57,578 nt of DNA from Octopus sinensis (taxonomy: Eukaryota). A program made the translations under genes and the position numbers. Location: the NCBI RefSeq assembly GCF_006345805.1, contig NW_021835049.1, forward strand, positions 1 to 57,578, in the 5' to 3' direction. Positions 13,040-25,656 of this stretch are shown piece after piece (positions within the stretch are counted from its first letter, which is position 1; each line of letters opens with the position of its first letter). Below the pieces are notes generated by a model that was given only the letters and a program-made list of their open reading frames with translations, did not search any database and was not told where the DNA came from.

Positions 13040-14620
13040 ACTAGGCTGTAATGAAATGCTATTTAAGAAGCAAGCCTGTGAACGAATATGGTGTGCCAAT
13101 CAGAAGATATAAACAAAAGATATAAGAAATATGGCCGGAGCTAAGGCTCTTTGAATCCACCGAAGAGAAGATTTGTAATAAGGACAGAGCAGTACGCAGA
13201 AACGGATGGCTATCTGAGATGGAAATTGAAGTTATAAAAAGAAAGATAAACCAGGAGCTCTAGATGCTGGAGATTAAAATAGAGATGACAATACGGAAAA
13301 TGGTGGAATCCATCAAGAAGAGGTGGAAGTGACTATTCAAGATGATGCAGAAGGTGACATCAATGAATTAAAAGACGTGTCGGAAAAAGACAGACGGATG
13401 ATTACTGGTATATTGGAAATCTCTATATCAGGAGGCAGCAATTAAAAACAGTTTTAGAAAGCAAAGCAACTTCTGCTAGAACAGATAACTAACAAAGTAT
13501 GCAGCATCCTTGGTAAGGTGCCAATAAGAATCAACACAACCAACAAATTCATAAGTGCTGCAAGTATCTGCATTGCTAAATAGTTAGGTCTGAAACAGAC
13601 TACACAAAATCAGATCAAAGAATCATGGTAGAAAAGGATAATTGAAGGGAACATCAAAATGATTCGGAAAGATATTAATATTCTGGATAGAGAAAAAACG
13701 AGGTACATTAAGAAAAAGGGGAAATATTGAACAACTTACAGGGAAGTTCAATATCATGAGAAAAAAAAATACAACGGTAATTGTTGAAGGGCTGAAACAA
13801 AAGATACATGACAAAGCTGAAAAAATCAAGAGGTATGAACAACGCGTCAATGCAGTATAAACAGAATGTTGTTTGTGAAAAAATCAGAATTGATTCTATC
13901 AGGAGATGAACGGCATAGTTGAGAATGATGATGTAATCCTTGATACAGATGAAAGAAGGAAGCTTTGGCGTGATATCTGAAGTGTAGGAAAAAGAAGTGT
14001 AGGGTGGCTGACTAACATAGAAAATAGGTGAGGATAATCACCACAAAGAATTAGAGATAACACCTGATATGGCAACTAGTGAGAGTAGTTTTAACATGAA
14101 CAGAAAGGAGAAATGTTATGAGGACTAACCGGTAAGGGTTGCAGAAAACAAACGATATAAGATCTTGTGGGACATGAGCAGCCATTGTGATCGTTTTATT
14201 ATGGCTAGAAAACACGACATTGTTATCGCAGTTTTAAGAAAAACGAAGCAATTATTGTAGATATTACTTAACCTTGGGACAACAGGGCGAATGAGAAAGA
14301 AAGTGAGAAAGTTGAGAAATATCCTAGGCTGATGAGGGGAATCAAGAGACTAAGGAGAGTCAGGTACTTGAAAGAGGCACGGATTGTGTTTGGTGCATTG
14401 GGTCGTTAGCAAAAGGTTAGATATATAGATTGAGAAGCTGTGAATTACCATCAGAACGGGAATGCTGCAGAAAACAGCTTTGTTAGGAACAGTAATGATT
14501 CTAAGGCGCGTGTCAAAATTTGAAGGAGTACGAAATGACCCAAAGGATCTTTGGTCAAAGGATATGAGTCGTTCATTTGGTAGTGTCAGTATAACCCCTG
14601 CTGGAGCAAAAGTGTCACGG
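13040..14620 (+). mobile_element. R4/Dong-clade non-LTR retrotransposon, degenerate and internally deleted (N-terminal domain, pre-RT region and RLE endonuclease present; RT absent)
   Basis: Stitched frames give MKCYLRSKPVNEYGVPIRRY...[29 protein letters not shown] (13051-13250), [19 protein letters not shown] (~13790-13845), KRYKILWD...ARKHDIVI (~14150-14230) and MLQKTALLGTVMILRRV (14462-14515). These are typical R4/Dong ORF blocks. A 3' UTR runs into an ATA/ACA trinucleotide tract at 14621-14690. Many stops and frameshifts. Confidence 0.85.
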
Positions 14621-14691
14621 ATAATAACAATAACAACAACAACAATAATAATAATTATGATAATAATAATAATAATAATAATAATGATAAT

Positions 14692-14849
14692 GGTTTCAAA
14701 TTTTGTCACAAGGGCAGCAATTCTGAGGGAGTCTTCAATTGATACTTATTTTATCGACCCTGAGAAGATGAAAGGCAAAGTCGACCTCGACTAAATTTGA
14801 ACTCAGAACGGGTGAAATGCTGCTAATGATTCTGCCAGCTCGCCGCCTT
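14692..14849 (-). mobile_element. SINE family C, tail type 2
   Basis: ggtttcaaattttgtcacaaggg...gattctgccagctcgccgcctt. Confidence 0.85.
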
Positions 14850-14853
14850 AATA

Positions 14854-14892
<39 letters not shown>

Positions 14893-14895
<3 letters not shown>

Positions 14896-15163
14896 TCTCC
14901 CGTCGAAGACGACTTATGAGCGTTCAGCTTTTGTCGACGACCTACATAAATGATTTGTTTATAGTGATCCACTTTCTCTATCAAATGGACATTGCCTAAA
15001 CAGGTGCACGGTGTACCACTTTTCAGCTGTCGAAATGATCGCAGAGCATCGTGAGATGAAGTATGTTGCTCTAAAACACAACGCTCCGCCCGGTCTAGGA
15101 ATTGAAACCACGACATCGCGATCATGAGTGCAGCACTCTAACCACTAGGCAATGTGCCCTCAC
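14893..15163 (-). mobile_element. SINE family D, different tail
   Basis: ttgctctaaaacacaacgc...ggaattgaaacc...ctctaaccactaggc. Confidence 0.75.
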
Positions 15164-15164
15164 C

Positions 15165-16225
15165 TAATACAACAACAAGAATTTTATGAATTAGAAGAAC
15201 TAAGAAGTTGTTCACAATGTTTAACGCATACTACCCTAAAAGTAATATTGATTGGCTCCACCTACCAAGAAAGGAAGGATACAGGTGCTTCTTAAATGCT
15301 GAAGTCATCGCTAGCACAGTGATAATGGATTTGAAAAGCCAAGTCATATGTAGTGAAAGAAGAATACTACCGGCACAAGAAATATCCAAAAATTAGTGAA
15401 ACAGCAAGAGAATTCAAGTATAGAAGAGCGATTGAAGAAATAACTGAACTAATTAAGAATTATAAAACCAATTGATGCAACAACCCGAAGATTTCGAAAA
15501 TAAAGAACGTTGGTTAACAGATGGGAATCTGAAACGAGATATTGGATCGCTAATTATAGCCACTCAAGGAGAAGCCATTAGAACGAATTTGATCGCGGTA
15601 AACTTTCATAAAACTTAGTCAGAAAGCAAACGCAGAATCTGTGGAAAGGGGATGAATGTTTAGACACTCTCGTGAGTGAATGTGGTAAGTTATTGGAAAA
15701 TGAATATAAATGCCGGAGTGACAGTATCGGTAAAACAGTGCCGTGGGATGGTAGCCAACTTAGTGTGTTCAAAGTGATAGAAAAGTGGTATTTACATATA
15801 CAAGAGGCTGTGATGTTGATAATAATTAAAGGATTTTAAAGAATTTTTCCATAAATACTGAGCATTTATTGAAGTAAGAAGACCAAATATGGTCGTAGAA
15901 TACAAATAAATAAAAAAAAACGTAATACTATAAGGTTATAGAGTTTGCAATACCGTATGACGATAGAGCGGATATCAAAGAAATTTAAGATCGACACGAA
16001 AGACATAATCTCAAAATCTAAACATTGAAATACATTCGAGGTTTCCGTTTAAAGCAATTTTAAATAGGGAACCTAAACGAATGTATTGTTAGAAATATTA
16101 ATGTAATGCATCAAGAATTTAATATCAAATATTTAGATTAGAACGAAATGAAATGCGTACTCACAGGGTTAGGAGTGCCATTTTAAAGAACCATTACTAC
16201 GGATCGAAATCTTTTTAGCATTATT
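15165..16225 (+). mobile_element. Second R4/Dong-clade LINE fragment (post-RT thumb, CCHC knuckle, RLE), 5'-truncated and degenerate
   Basis: LFTMFNAYYPKSNIDWLHLPRKEG (15208-15280), WLTDGNLKR...LIIATQGEAIRTN (~15510-15590), LDTLVSECGKLLENEYK (~15660-15710), EVRRPNMVV (~15870-15900), EFAIPYDDRADIKEI (~15940-15985). Confidence 0.82.
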
Positions 16226-16241
16226 AAGAATACAAGATATA

Positions 16242-16640
16242 GGCTTAGGAGTGGCTGTGTGGTAAGTAGCTTGTTTACCAATCACATGGTTCCGGGTTCA
16301 GTCCCACTGCGTGGCACCTTGGGCAAGTGTCTTCTACTATAGCCTCGGGCCGACCAAAGCCTTGTGAGTGGATTTGGTAGACGGAAACTGAAAGAAGCCT
16401 GTCGTATATATGTATATGTATGTATGTATGTGCGTGTATGTTTGTGTGTCTGTGTTTGTCCCCCTAGCATTGCTTGACAACCGATGCTGGTGTGTTTATG
16501 TCCCCGTAACATAGCGGTTCGGCAAAAGAGACCGATAGAATAAGTACTGGGCTTACAAGGAATAAGTCCCAGGGTCGAGTTGCTCGATTAAAGGCGGTGC
16601 TCCAGCATGGCCGCAATCAAAATGACTGAAATAAGTAAAA
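16242..16640 (+). mobile_element. SINE family A, full length
   Basis: ggcttaggagtggctgtgtggtaagtagc...gactgaaataagtaaaa. Confidence 0.92.
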
Positions 16641-16779
16641 AAAAAAGAAAAAAAAAGACAAATGAATGACACAGTCAGGAAGTCAAAGTGATTTTGCGAA
16701 TGTTGAAATAATTTCACTACAATGAAATGACTTCAATACAAGTGAGTTCAATATCAACTTCGAAATAAGCTCTTTGCAT

Positions 16780-17420
16780 ATATCTCTGTATAAAACATAT
16801 AACAAACGTAAATAAATCCTACCTTTTCATGTTATCGTCCTTTGTCTTCAGCGATATCTTGAGGTGTTGTTCATCAGCAAAAATTACTCGTTTATGTTTG
16901 AACTTACTAATTACTGAGAAAAAGTTATGCTACTGGATTTAGGGTCGGCTAGTATGCAACCTCTGTCGTGTTACTGTCAGGCCCCCTTTAACTTCGTTAC
17001 GGATGGGAGCACAGCAAAATAGGGGCATGATCAGTTGTCTCACGAAATACTAAAGAAGTTATTTCGAATGTGATAGAATAAAAAAATGAGGTAAGTTCGA
17101 TGGCGCCTGAATTTGCGTGTTTTGTCTCGATGTTGGGTTTCCGAAACGTGAGAATCGAATTTCACTTGCCACTAAGGGATCGGTTGTTGTGGAGCAGTAA
17201 TCCTAGCTCACCGACAGTCTAGAACGATGAGGTACTTGTTTCAATCTCTACAAGAAGCAATTTCGGTTTACTTACGTTATTGATGTCTATGGGGAAAGCA
17301 CGAATGATTTCATATCCTCTGGAGCTGTACTTGATATCACATCAGGTGTATTGCATCAGCTTTGACCGAGAAAACCTATGAAAAAACACGTTCCACCCGT
17401 GCTCAACACGTCTTCAGCCA
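16780..17420 (-). mobile_element. Possible very old RTE-type RT remnant
   Basis: Minus-strand traces RQGCILA(P)TL (~16945-16975), IFADE (~16868-16885) and a QLQ trace near 17320. Several frameshifts must be assumed. Confidence 0.3.
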
Positions 17421-19428
17421 CAATCTACCTAGTACCACATTATCCAGTGTATCCTTCTCGTCAGTTTTCAGAATGTAACATGTTATTTGAGGGATATACC
17501 GCTACCGTTTCTAACAAGTCAAATAACAACATAATGATTTCCTTGTTGCCATGTAACAATACCATAAAATCGTTTGTATATGATTTGAGGGTAACTTATC
17601 ATCTATTCCAAGTAAACCAACTATACCTAGAACTTCGATGTATAAGCATTTTCAGAAAGAAGCTAAACTCTTCTTCTTGATTATATGAAACAACACTTAT
17701 ATATTGCTTCTTTCTAAAATATAATTTACAAAGTTAAAAGACTTCCTTTGAGATAACAGTGGAAGAAAACTATTACATTAAATTTAATGCAAGTCCTTTA
17801 AAAACAAAACCTTCACGCATCATACGTGTGTGCGATCAACCACTCAGTAATAAGCTTTACTACATTACGGTCCCAATATATCTGAAAATTAAAGAATGCT
17901 AATTGCAGCAGTTATAAAATCAAGTGGAATATTGAAGAAGATGTGCCATCCTTGATTTAGAGGCTTTCGTTGGGTAAATCGAGTACCAGTAAATCACCGT
18001 ATCGATTCAATTGACGCAGTTTACTCCCTTGAAATAGTTTTTAGCAGAATATCTGGTCACAGAAAATCGATTTGAATCTGGATTTATATCTGCGTTAAAT
18101 ATCTTACCGGAGCTGATTTATATATTTTACAAAAATGCAGATCAATAGGGGATAATTTGAAGAGTAGGCTACAGCTATTTCTTGCAGAGGAACCATAGCT
18201 TAAAGGTCTGCTAGCGACTTTGAAAAGCAAACTTTACGAAAAAGAAGCCCAACTCAACCTCAAATCTCATCTTAAGGGCAAACAAAACAAGATACTTTGG
18301 ATAATGTAGTCCATTGACATATAAATCCGAAGTAAAAGCTAATGTGAAAGCAAGTTGAGATGGGCACGGCTAGAAACCATTGGTCATAATTCTGCTCCGT
18401 TATGGTTTCTTGGGGATAAACATCAACAACAATACTATAGAAGAGAACCACTGTAGCACCAGCTTGCAAAATATTATGTTAGCGGGCCCTAGATTGTGTG
18501 AACAATAGACTAGTAATTCATAAACCCAAAAATTCATTATCGTATGGTGTGCTTTTATGATTGTTGTTTTTGCCCATATCCCAAAATGAGCTCGGATTAA
18601 AGTGGATTATGATCAGCAGTATTTTGCAATGACTAAATCAGAGTTCTGGGCCTGTTTTTGGCCTTAAAACAGAGTTAATCTCCGATTACTTTATCTAATA
18701 CGTTCATTTGTTCCTTCGTTTGTTCTGTTCTTTGATAAATATCTGGAACAAAAATTTTTAAAAAGAGCCGAACACGGGAAGGATTAGCAGATTCAATGTC
18801 TATGATCACAGGTCTGCTAGTTAAGGGCTGATCTAGAACTGAACAAAAACAACATCAACAACAACAACAACCCTGCTGCCAGTAAAATAATGCTTTCGAT
18901 TACATTGACGATATCCACTCCCTTAGAAGGTTTGGCACAACGCCATGGTCGATAGAAAGTCGGAATTTATACCTCTGCAAAAATGCCTTAGCAAGGCTGA
19001 ATTATGTATGTAACAATATTATAAATCTAGCAACAACATCAATCGTTTGTCTTCATTATACACACGGCCATCTTAGCTGCTGCGCTACCATCTCTGGCAC
19101 CGCCACCATCTTTGAAACATCGCCACTCACGCACTTTCACTCTCTCATATGCATATCACCCAAGTAATATTGACGGGACCTGCACTTTATCTTCCTTAAC
19201 ACTGCTACCTCTGTCAAACAGGCGCGCGTACGCTCTCGCGCGCACACACACACACACATGCAAGCAGACACATACATTCTTGCAGACACACATAAGCACA
19301 CATCCTCTCACATACACTTACATGGGCACAGGTACACACACACACATACATATATATACCAGTACACGCAAACACACGAGAAACACAAAGACACGCATAA
19401 CAACAGTTACAAATACTCACATGCATTC

Positions 19429-19465
<37 letters not shown>

Positions 19466-19490
19466 TGCATGCTATATGTATGCGTACACA

Positions 19491-19537
<47 letters not shown>

Positions 19538-19572
19538 CATACACATACAGACACTCACAAACATACACACAC

Positions 19573-19614
<42 letters not shown>

Positions 19615-19653
19615 TAGAAATATATACACATATATATATATATACACATAGAA

Positions 19654-19684
<31 letters not shown>

Positions 19685-19875
19685 CACTCATACACACACA
19701 CATATATATATGTATATATGTATTTTTAGATATACATATGCATATGTGTGTGTGTGTGTGTGTGTGTGTATTTGACAGTGTATACACACACACACATTAC
19801 AGTAAGCTGACTATTAATAAAAACCCAAAACTTCTAACCGCGCCAAACATTTTTCTTCCATCATTATCCGCCCAG

Positions 19876-19957
19876 CCGCCGCTCCATTCCCGGCGTGTCC
19901 TCGACGCCGCCTACAAGGTTCCATTCGCCAACCAGTAGTTGCAAGGAAATCGAAAAG
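19876..19957 (+). other. Candidate 82-bp internal exon of an unidentified host gene
   Basis: Pyrimidine tract ending cccag, GC/CpG-rich body, AAG|GTAATG donor. Two of three frames are open. No recognisable homology. Confidence 0.3.
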
Positions 19958-20475
19958 GTAATGTTTCTTCTAGATTATAAAGTGCTGCTCATGAGAGGAA
20001 CTTCTCCAATGACACGATGCATGCTTGAGATATGCGCATGCGTGTGATAATGCCTCTTCTGACCCCCCAAATGGAATTCTTCTTTGGGACGGGTTAAAGA
20101 GGTTAAGTGAAAAGCGTAGGATTGGTGGCGATGGGGGTGATGGTGGTGATGGTGGTGGTGGTGGTTGTTGTGGTGATGGGATTCGAGGAATTGCCCGTTG
20201 GTGACGTCATTAATCAGCGGTTACCTCTGTGTGGCAGACAATGAAAAGAGGAGAGCATCCAGTGATGATGGAGGTGGCGACGGTGATAATGGTAGTGGTT
20301 GCGGTGGGACAGTGGTATTAGGAATGGTAGTGGTGGTAGAAATTGTAGCAGTGATATCAGTGGTAGTGACGCTTGTAGTGATGGTGGTGGCGGCGACTGT
20401 ACAGGGAGTGGCAATAGCAGTCGTTGCGGCTGCGGCAACGGTGGTTTTATGTTTTTGTAGTAACGGCTACTGTTG

Positions 20476-20790
20476 TCTTCTTCTTCTTCTTCTTCTTCTT
20501 CTTCTTCTTCTTCTTCTTCTTCTTCTTCTTCTTCTTCTTCTTCTTCTTCTTCTTCTTCTTCTTCTTCTTCTTCTTCTTCTTTCTTCTTCTTCTTCTTCTT
20601 CTTCTTCTCTTCTTCTTCTTCTTCTTCTTCTTTCTTCTTCTTCTTCTTCTTCTTCTTCTTCTTCCTTCTTCTTCTTCTTCTTCTTCTTTCTTCTTCTTCT
20701 TCTTCTTCTTCTTCTTCTTCTTCTTCTTCTTCTTCTTCTTCTTCTTCTTCTTCTTCTTCTTCTCTTCTTCTTCTTCTTCTTCTTCTCCTT
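20476..20790. repeat. ~315-bp (CTT)n tract
   Basis: Read directly. Interrupted by a few 1-nt indels. Confidence 0.97.
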
Positions 20791-21249
20791 CCTCTACCAG
20801 TCAGGACTCACGCCATTAGCCACAAAGAATAATCTATAATTCGAGCCTACTCTAAGCTACTAAGAATGCGTGTGGCAACTTGAAGTTCCACCCACCACAC
20901 GCAATAGACTGGTGGTTGCACGGGCGCGAAAGCTACGTTGTTATCCTCATTCCGTAAACGATGGCTTTTAACGGGTGGAGATGGTCTTAGTATCGACGGT
21001 AATTGTTCTAGTGGTAGTGATGTTGCTCGTAGTCATAGTGATGATGAAGACGACGACGATTATGACGGCGATGATAATGATGATGAAAACGACGGTGGTG
21101 ATGATGATGATAATGATGATGGCTGAAGTCATGATTGATACTGTGGTAGTATTGGTAGTGATGATGGTGATGATGTTATTCGACTTTGCCTTTCCTCCTT
21201 TCAAAGCTGATGAGTACAAGTGGAACACTGGGGTCGAGGTAATCGAGTT

Positions 21250-21785
21250 ACGCTTTATAGATAGTGTAATCTTGGTGTTTGCAGCCAGTTTCTTTGTTTT
21301 CCCAGACTCTCTTTGTGAGCCTGGCAAATATGGTGGTTGCTTGTCCAAGTCGCCTGTTGATCTCAAGTTCCATGGAGAGGTCATCAGCGATGGTAGAGCC
21401 GAGATAGGTGAATTGATGGACGACTTCCAGCTTGTAGTCGTTGATGGTGATTGTGGAGGCCTGCTTGACACTTTGGCCCATTACTTGGGTCTTCTTCAGA
21501 CTGCAAATGTCAGATTAAATTCCAGACAGGCCTTTCAAAGTGTGTTCACAAGGTGCTGCATTTGCTCTTCAGAGTGTGCTGTTAGTACTGTGTTATCTGC
21601 AACAGCATTTCTCTGACGATCGCCTGGGGCTTCCAGGATTTTGCTTTCAGCCTTCACAGACTAAATAGTTTGGCCACCTGATCTGGTGTGGAAGTGACCA
21701 CCATAAGTTGATGTCCCAAATGAATGTTTCAGCATAACTTCAACGAATATGCCAAACAGGTTGGAGACAAGCACACCGCTGGGGA
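21250..21785 (-). mobile_element. RTE-clade (BovB-like) LINE reverse-transcriptase C-terminal fragment
   Basis: Minus ORF 21248-21481 reads LEVVHQFTYLGSTIADDLSMELEINRRLGQATTIFARLTKRVWEN. Upstream reads AHSEEQMQHLVNTL*KACLEFNLT..SLKKTQVM. Confidence 0.88.
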
Positions 21786-21804
21786 ACCGCATTTAAGAAT
21801 CTTA

Positions 21805-21992
21805 ATCGAATTAATCGACCTCAGTATTTTTTAAAGCCTGGAACTTATTCTATCGATCAATTTTGCCGAACTGCTAATTTATGGAGACCTAAACGCACCA
21901 GCACCGGTTGCCATGCGCTGGTGGAGGAATAAGTACACACACACACACACATACATACATACATGCATACACACATACATACATACATACAT

Positions 21993-22023
<31 letters not shown>

Positions 22024-22075
22024 TACATCATGCCACATACATACTACCTACACACATACATACATACATAATATA

Positions 22076-22107
<32 letters not shown>

Positions 22108-22323
22108 CATACATGCACACATACAGACATAACATACATACATACATACTACATACTATATACATACATACATACATTACATACATACATAATACATACA
22201 TCATACATAACGTACATACATAATATAGACATACATACATACATACATACATAATACATACATACATACATACATACTACATAATATATACATACATACA
22301 TACATACATACATAATACATACA

Positions 22324-22357
<34 letters not shown>

Positions 22358-22483
22358 CATACATACACATACATACATACATACATACATACATACATAC
22401 ATACATACATACATACATACATACATACATACATGTACAACGGGCTTCTTTTAATTTCTGTCTACCAAATCCACTCACAAGGA
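21805..22483 (-). mobile_element. SINE family A, headless, internal spacer expanded to ~500 bp of (CATA)n
   Basis: 3' half at 21805-21925 and ttctgtctaccaaatccactcacaagg at 22455-22483 flank the microsatellite. Confidence 0.75.
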
Positions 22484-23819
22484 TTTGTAATTTTGGTAAT
22501 CTGTTAAAATAAGAGGTCATTGTTATTTTCCATTTTTCATCATTTAGACGACAATTTATTCACTGCACCCTGTACATATATGTATATATATAAACATATA
22601 TATACACACATATGCATACATACATGCATATATATATATATGTGTGTGTGTTTGTGTATGTATATATATGTATGTATGCATTATATAAGTGCGTATATGA
22701 ATGAATATATGTGATTATGTAGATATGTGAGGTACGGTAAAATCAGATATTTTAACTTACACAAAGAGATCACTACCTTACAGAAATTACACAAACATAC
22801 ACAAACACATAGCTGCTCATACACGCAAACACACACACAAATCCACACATTTCCACACTGACTTCTACAACGACGCATGCACTAACACACACGACATCGA
22901 AATAATACGCCACAACACCAACCAACAGGCGTTCACACTATATTCACAACACAAACCCAACAATAACAACAACTACACATGCAGCTTGTGTAATGATTGA
23001 CTGACATACACGCTTCATATATTTCGCTCAGATGTCAAAGGAACTCTGCAATCGGTGGTTCCAATTGAGATAGGACACTAAATATTAGTAGGACAACTTA
23101 ATAATGTACCAGAAGTATTTGTGAGAAATGGTCGCCAGAGAACGTTTCGTTTTGTGAAAGAGGGGAAGGAAGAGGAGATGAAACTCTGTGTTTCATCTCC
23201 TACACACATTCTATGTACTTGAGAGACATCATTATTTACGCTCGCTATTTCACTCTGTCGGCTTCTTTCTTTATATGTGTGTGTATGTGTGTGTGTGTGT
23301 GTGTTGTGTGTGTGTGTGTGTGTGTGCGTGCGTGTGTGCCTTTATGCGTCTGTGTGTGCCTGCAAGAATGCACATATATGTGTATATGTATGTATATGCA
23401 TATAAACGTATACATATGCTCACAAATACACATACATATATTTATACCTATACGCATATATACATATGTGTATCTGTGCATATGCATACATATATGCATT
23501 TAAAGAGAGAACGAGTGAGCAATTGAGCAAGAAAGTGGGAGAGGTACATATGTATATTACATTATAACTTGCAATCTATACAGTTACATATATAATACTG
23601 ATATATGAACATTAAATTCACAACAGTGCTCAGTAACTTGAGATAGAGTTTATAATTATATGTACACAGTTAAACATGTAAATACACTCGAGAAACGTAA
23701 TTTATACCTACAGATAGTAAACAGATAAAAGGTTTTTAAAATAATTGCAATATGCACACTATTAATCATCTAAATATACTGGAGCGAACATAGTTGCGAG
23801 TATATTAAGAATAAATAAT

Positions 23820-23872
23820 CTTTATGACACCTTAACGTTTCGTATGTTGCATGTATAATCATCAGTAAAGAA
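23820..23872 (-). ncRNA. Degenerate hammerhead-like motif, repeat unit 1
   Basis: UCUUUA-CUGAUGA-uuauacaugcaacauac-GAAAC-guuaaggugUCA-UAAAGA. The 6-bp stem I is intact but the triplet register is off by one. Confidence 0.4.
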
Positions 23873-23924
23873 AGAGATGATTATAACGATAGATGTCTAG
23901 GTTACTGTAGCATGTCGTTATACA

Positions 23925-24297
23925 TTCGCAGGTGTTATTGTGCTCAGGTTTTGAGCTCAGTCCTATTGCACGGCACCTTGGGCAAGTATTTCAACTGTAG
24001 TCCCAAGTCGACCAATGCCTAATGAGTGGATTTGTTAGAAGGAGACTGAAAGCAGCCCATTGAATATATGTGTGTAGCTTTATATATCATTGTTTTTGTC
24101 CCCCACCTCCAAAGATTGATTTGTTTACGTTCCCGTAACTTAGAATTCCGGCAAAAAAAAGTACGGTAGAATAAAACCCTGGGTTTTTAATACACGAAAA
24201 TATATACTGGAGTAGATTTGTTCTGCTAAATCCTTAACAGTGGTGCCCAGCAAGTCCGTAGTCTCATGAGCGAAACAAGTTAGAGACGAAACATAAA
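23925..24297 (+). mobile_element. SINE family A, old copy
   Basis: cggcaccttgggcaagta...ccaatgcctaatgagtggatttg...cgaaacaagt. Confidence 0.8.
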
Positions 24298-24364
24298 AAT
24301 TTGTTCTGATAATCATCTAAATATATGGAAAAACATCGTTTCCAGTATATCAAGTAAACAAAAA

Positions 24365-24418
24365 TCGTTACGAGACCTCAACGTTTCATACGTTACATGC
24401 ATAATCATCAGTCAAGGA
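24365..24418 (-). ncRNA. Degenerate hammerhead-like motif, repeat unit 2
   Basis: UGA-CUGAUGA-uuAUGC-auguaac-GUAU-GAAAC-guugag-GUC-UCG. Confidence 0.4.
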
Positions 24419-24527
24419 AGACATGTTTTATAACGATGAATTTCTAAGTTATTATATATATATATATGATGCAATATGAGTTGTTGTTGTTTTGTTTTGG
24501 TATTTTTGTTGGAAAGAAAAAGAAATC

Positions 24528-24564
<37 letters not shown>

Positions 24565-25204
24565 TATTAGTGCACACCTTCATAAAAAAAATTTAAAAAG
24601 TCTAAATATTTTGAAAAACCTTAAATGTAAACGAACTAATGCTTCGTTACGAAGTTTCGTTATGAAGCATGTAACTAATGCAATTTAGAGGCCTCCATGT
24701 TTGGACTTTCCAAACGATATTTATCATTGGATCGGTACATATAGAATGTTTAGTTTGTGGTATGTTTAATATATTATCAGACAGGTGCATCACTGATGTG
24801 TTTGTGGTACATATACTTTCTTACCTGGATATGCTTATATTATTTACGCATGTATCAGAAACGCTTGGGGGAGAATACATATATTTATTTTATATATGCG
24901 CAAGTGAACGTTTGTACATATGTGGGAATATATGTATATGAATGTGTTTTATTTCCATTCGCATTCCTTTATTTACATAAATTTTACATATACATACATT
25001 CGTGTACATACACACATGTGAGCATATGCATTTATGTATTTATGTATGTAGACACACACAAACACACACATATGGGTGTGACAACACGTCTATGTTGTAA
25101 GTGTTCCTAGTATATATTATAGTGTCCATGTTTGCATGTTTGCATATCCATACATATCTATATATATGTATGTATCTATCTATCTATACGTATAAACAAT
25201 AACA

Positions 25205-25274
25205 ATAACAACGCCCGTCTGGGAATCGAAACCGCGAGTTTGCTGCCCTAACCGCTGGGCCATTGCGCCTCCAC
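25205..25274 (-). mobile_element. SINE family B head only
   Basis: gtctgggaatcgaaaccgcg...ctgccctaaccgctgggccattgcgcctcca. Confidence 0.8.
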
Positions 25275-25283
25275 ATATATATA

Positions 25284-25400
25284 CAGTGGTTGGACAAAAT
25301 AATGGAAACACCTAGCATCATAGCATCATTTGAAACCTCAATTAAAACCATCAATAGCTTGTTTATTTTTATACTTTTTATTTATTATTAGTGTTGCTTA
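25284..25400 (+). mobile_element. Tc1-like terminal inverted repeat fragment
   Basis: TA followed by cagtggttggacaaaataatggaaacacc (Tc1-type CAGTG terminus). The other end was not found. Confidence 0.45.
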
Positions 25401-25433
25401 ATATGTTTTTTTTAAAATTGCTATCCAACCCCG

Positions 25434-25498
<65 letters not shown>

Positions 25499-25597
25499 AT
25501 ATATATATGTATATATTATATAATGTATGTGTGTTTGTGTGTGTACGTATGCATACATATAGCATATCCATATGTATTATATGTATGTATATTCTTC

Positions 25598-25656
<59 letters not shown>

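Noticed and set aside
17125-17155. Further hammerhead-like trace (gg-gttt-cc-gaaacgt), and others at 6500 and 38455-38545
   Set aside because: The CUGANGA box needs two or more repairs, so it cannot be distinguished from chance.
20198-20839. Poly-L, poly-S and poly-F ORFs
   Set aside because: Translation of (CTT)n in all three frames.
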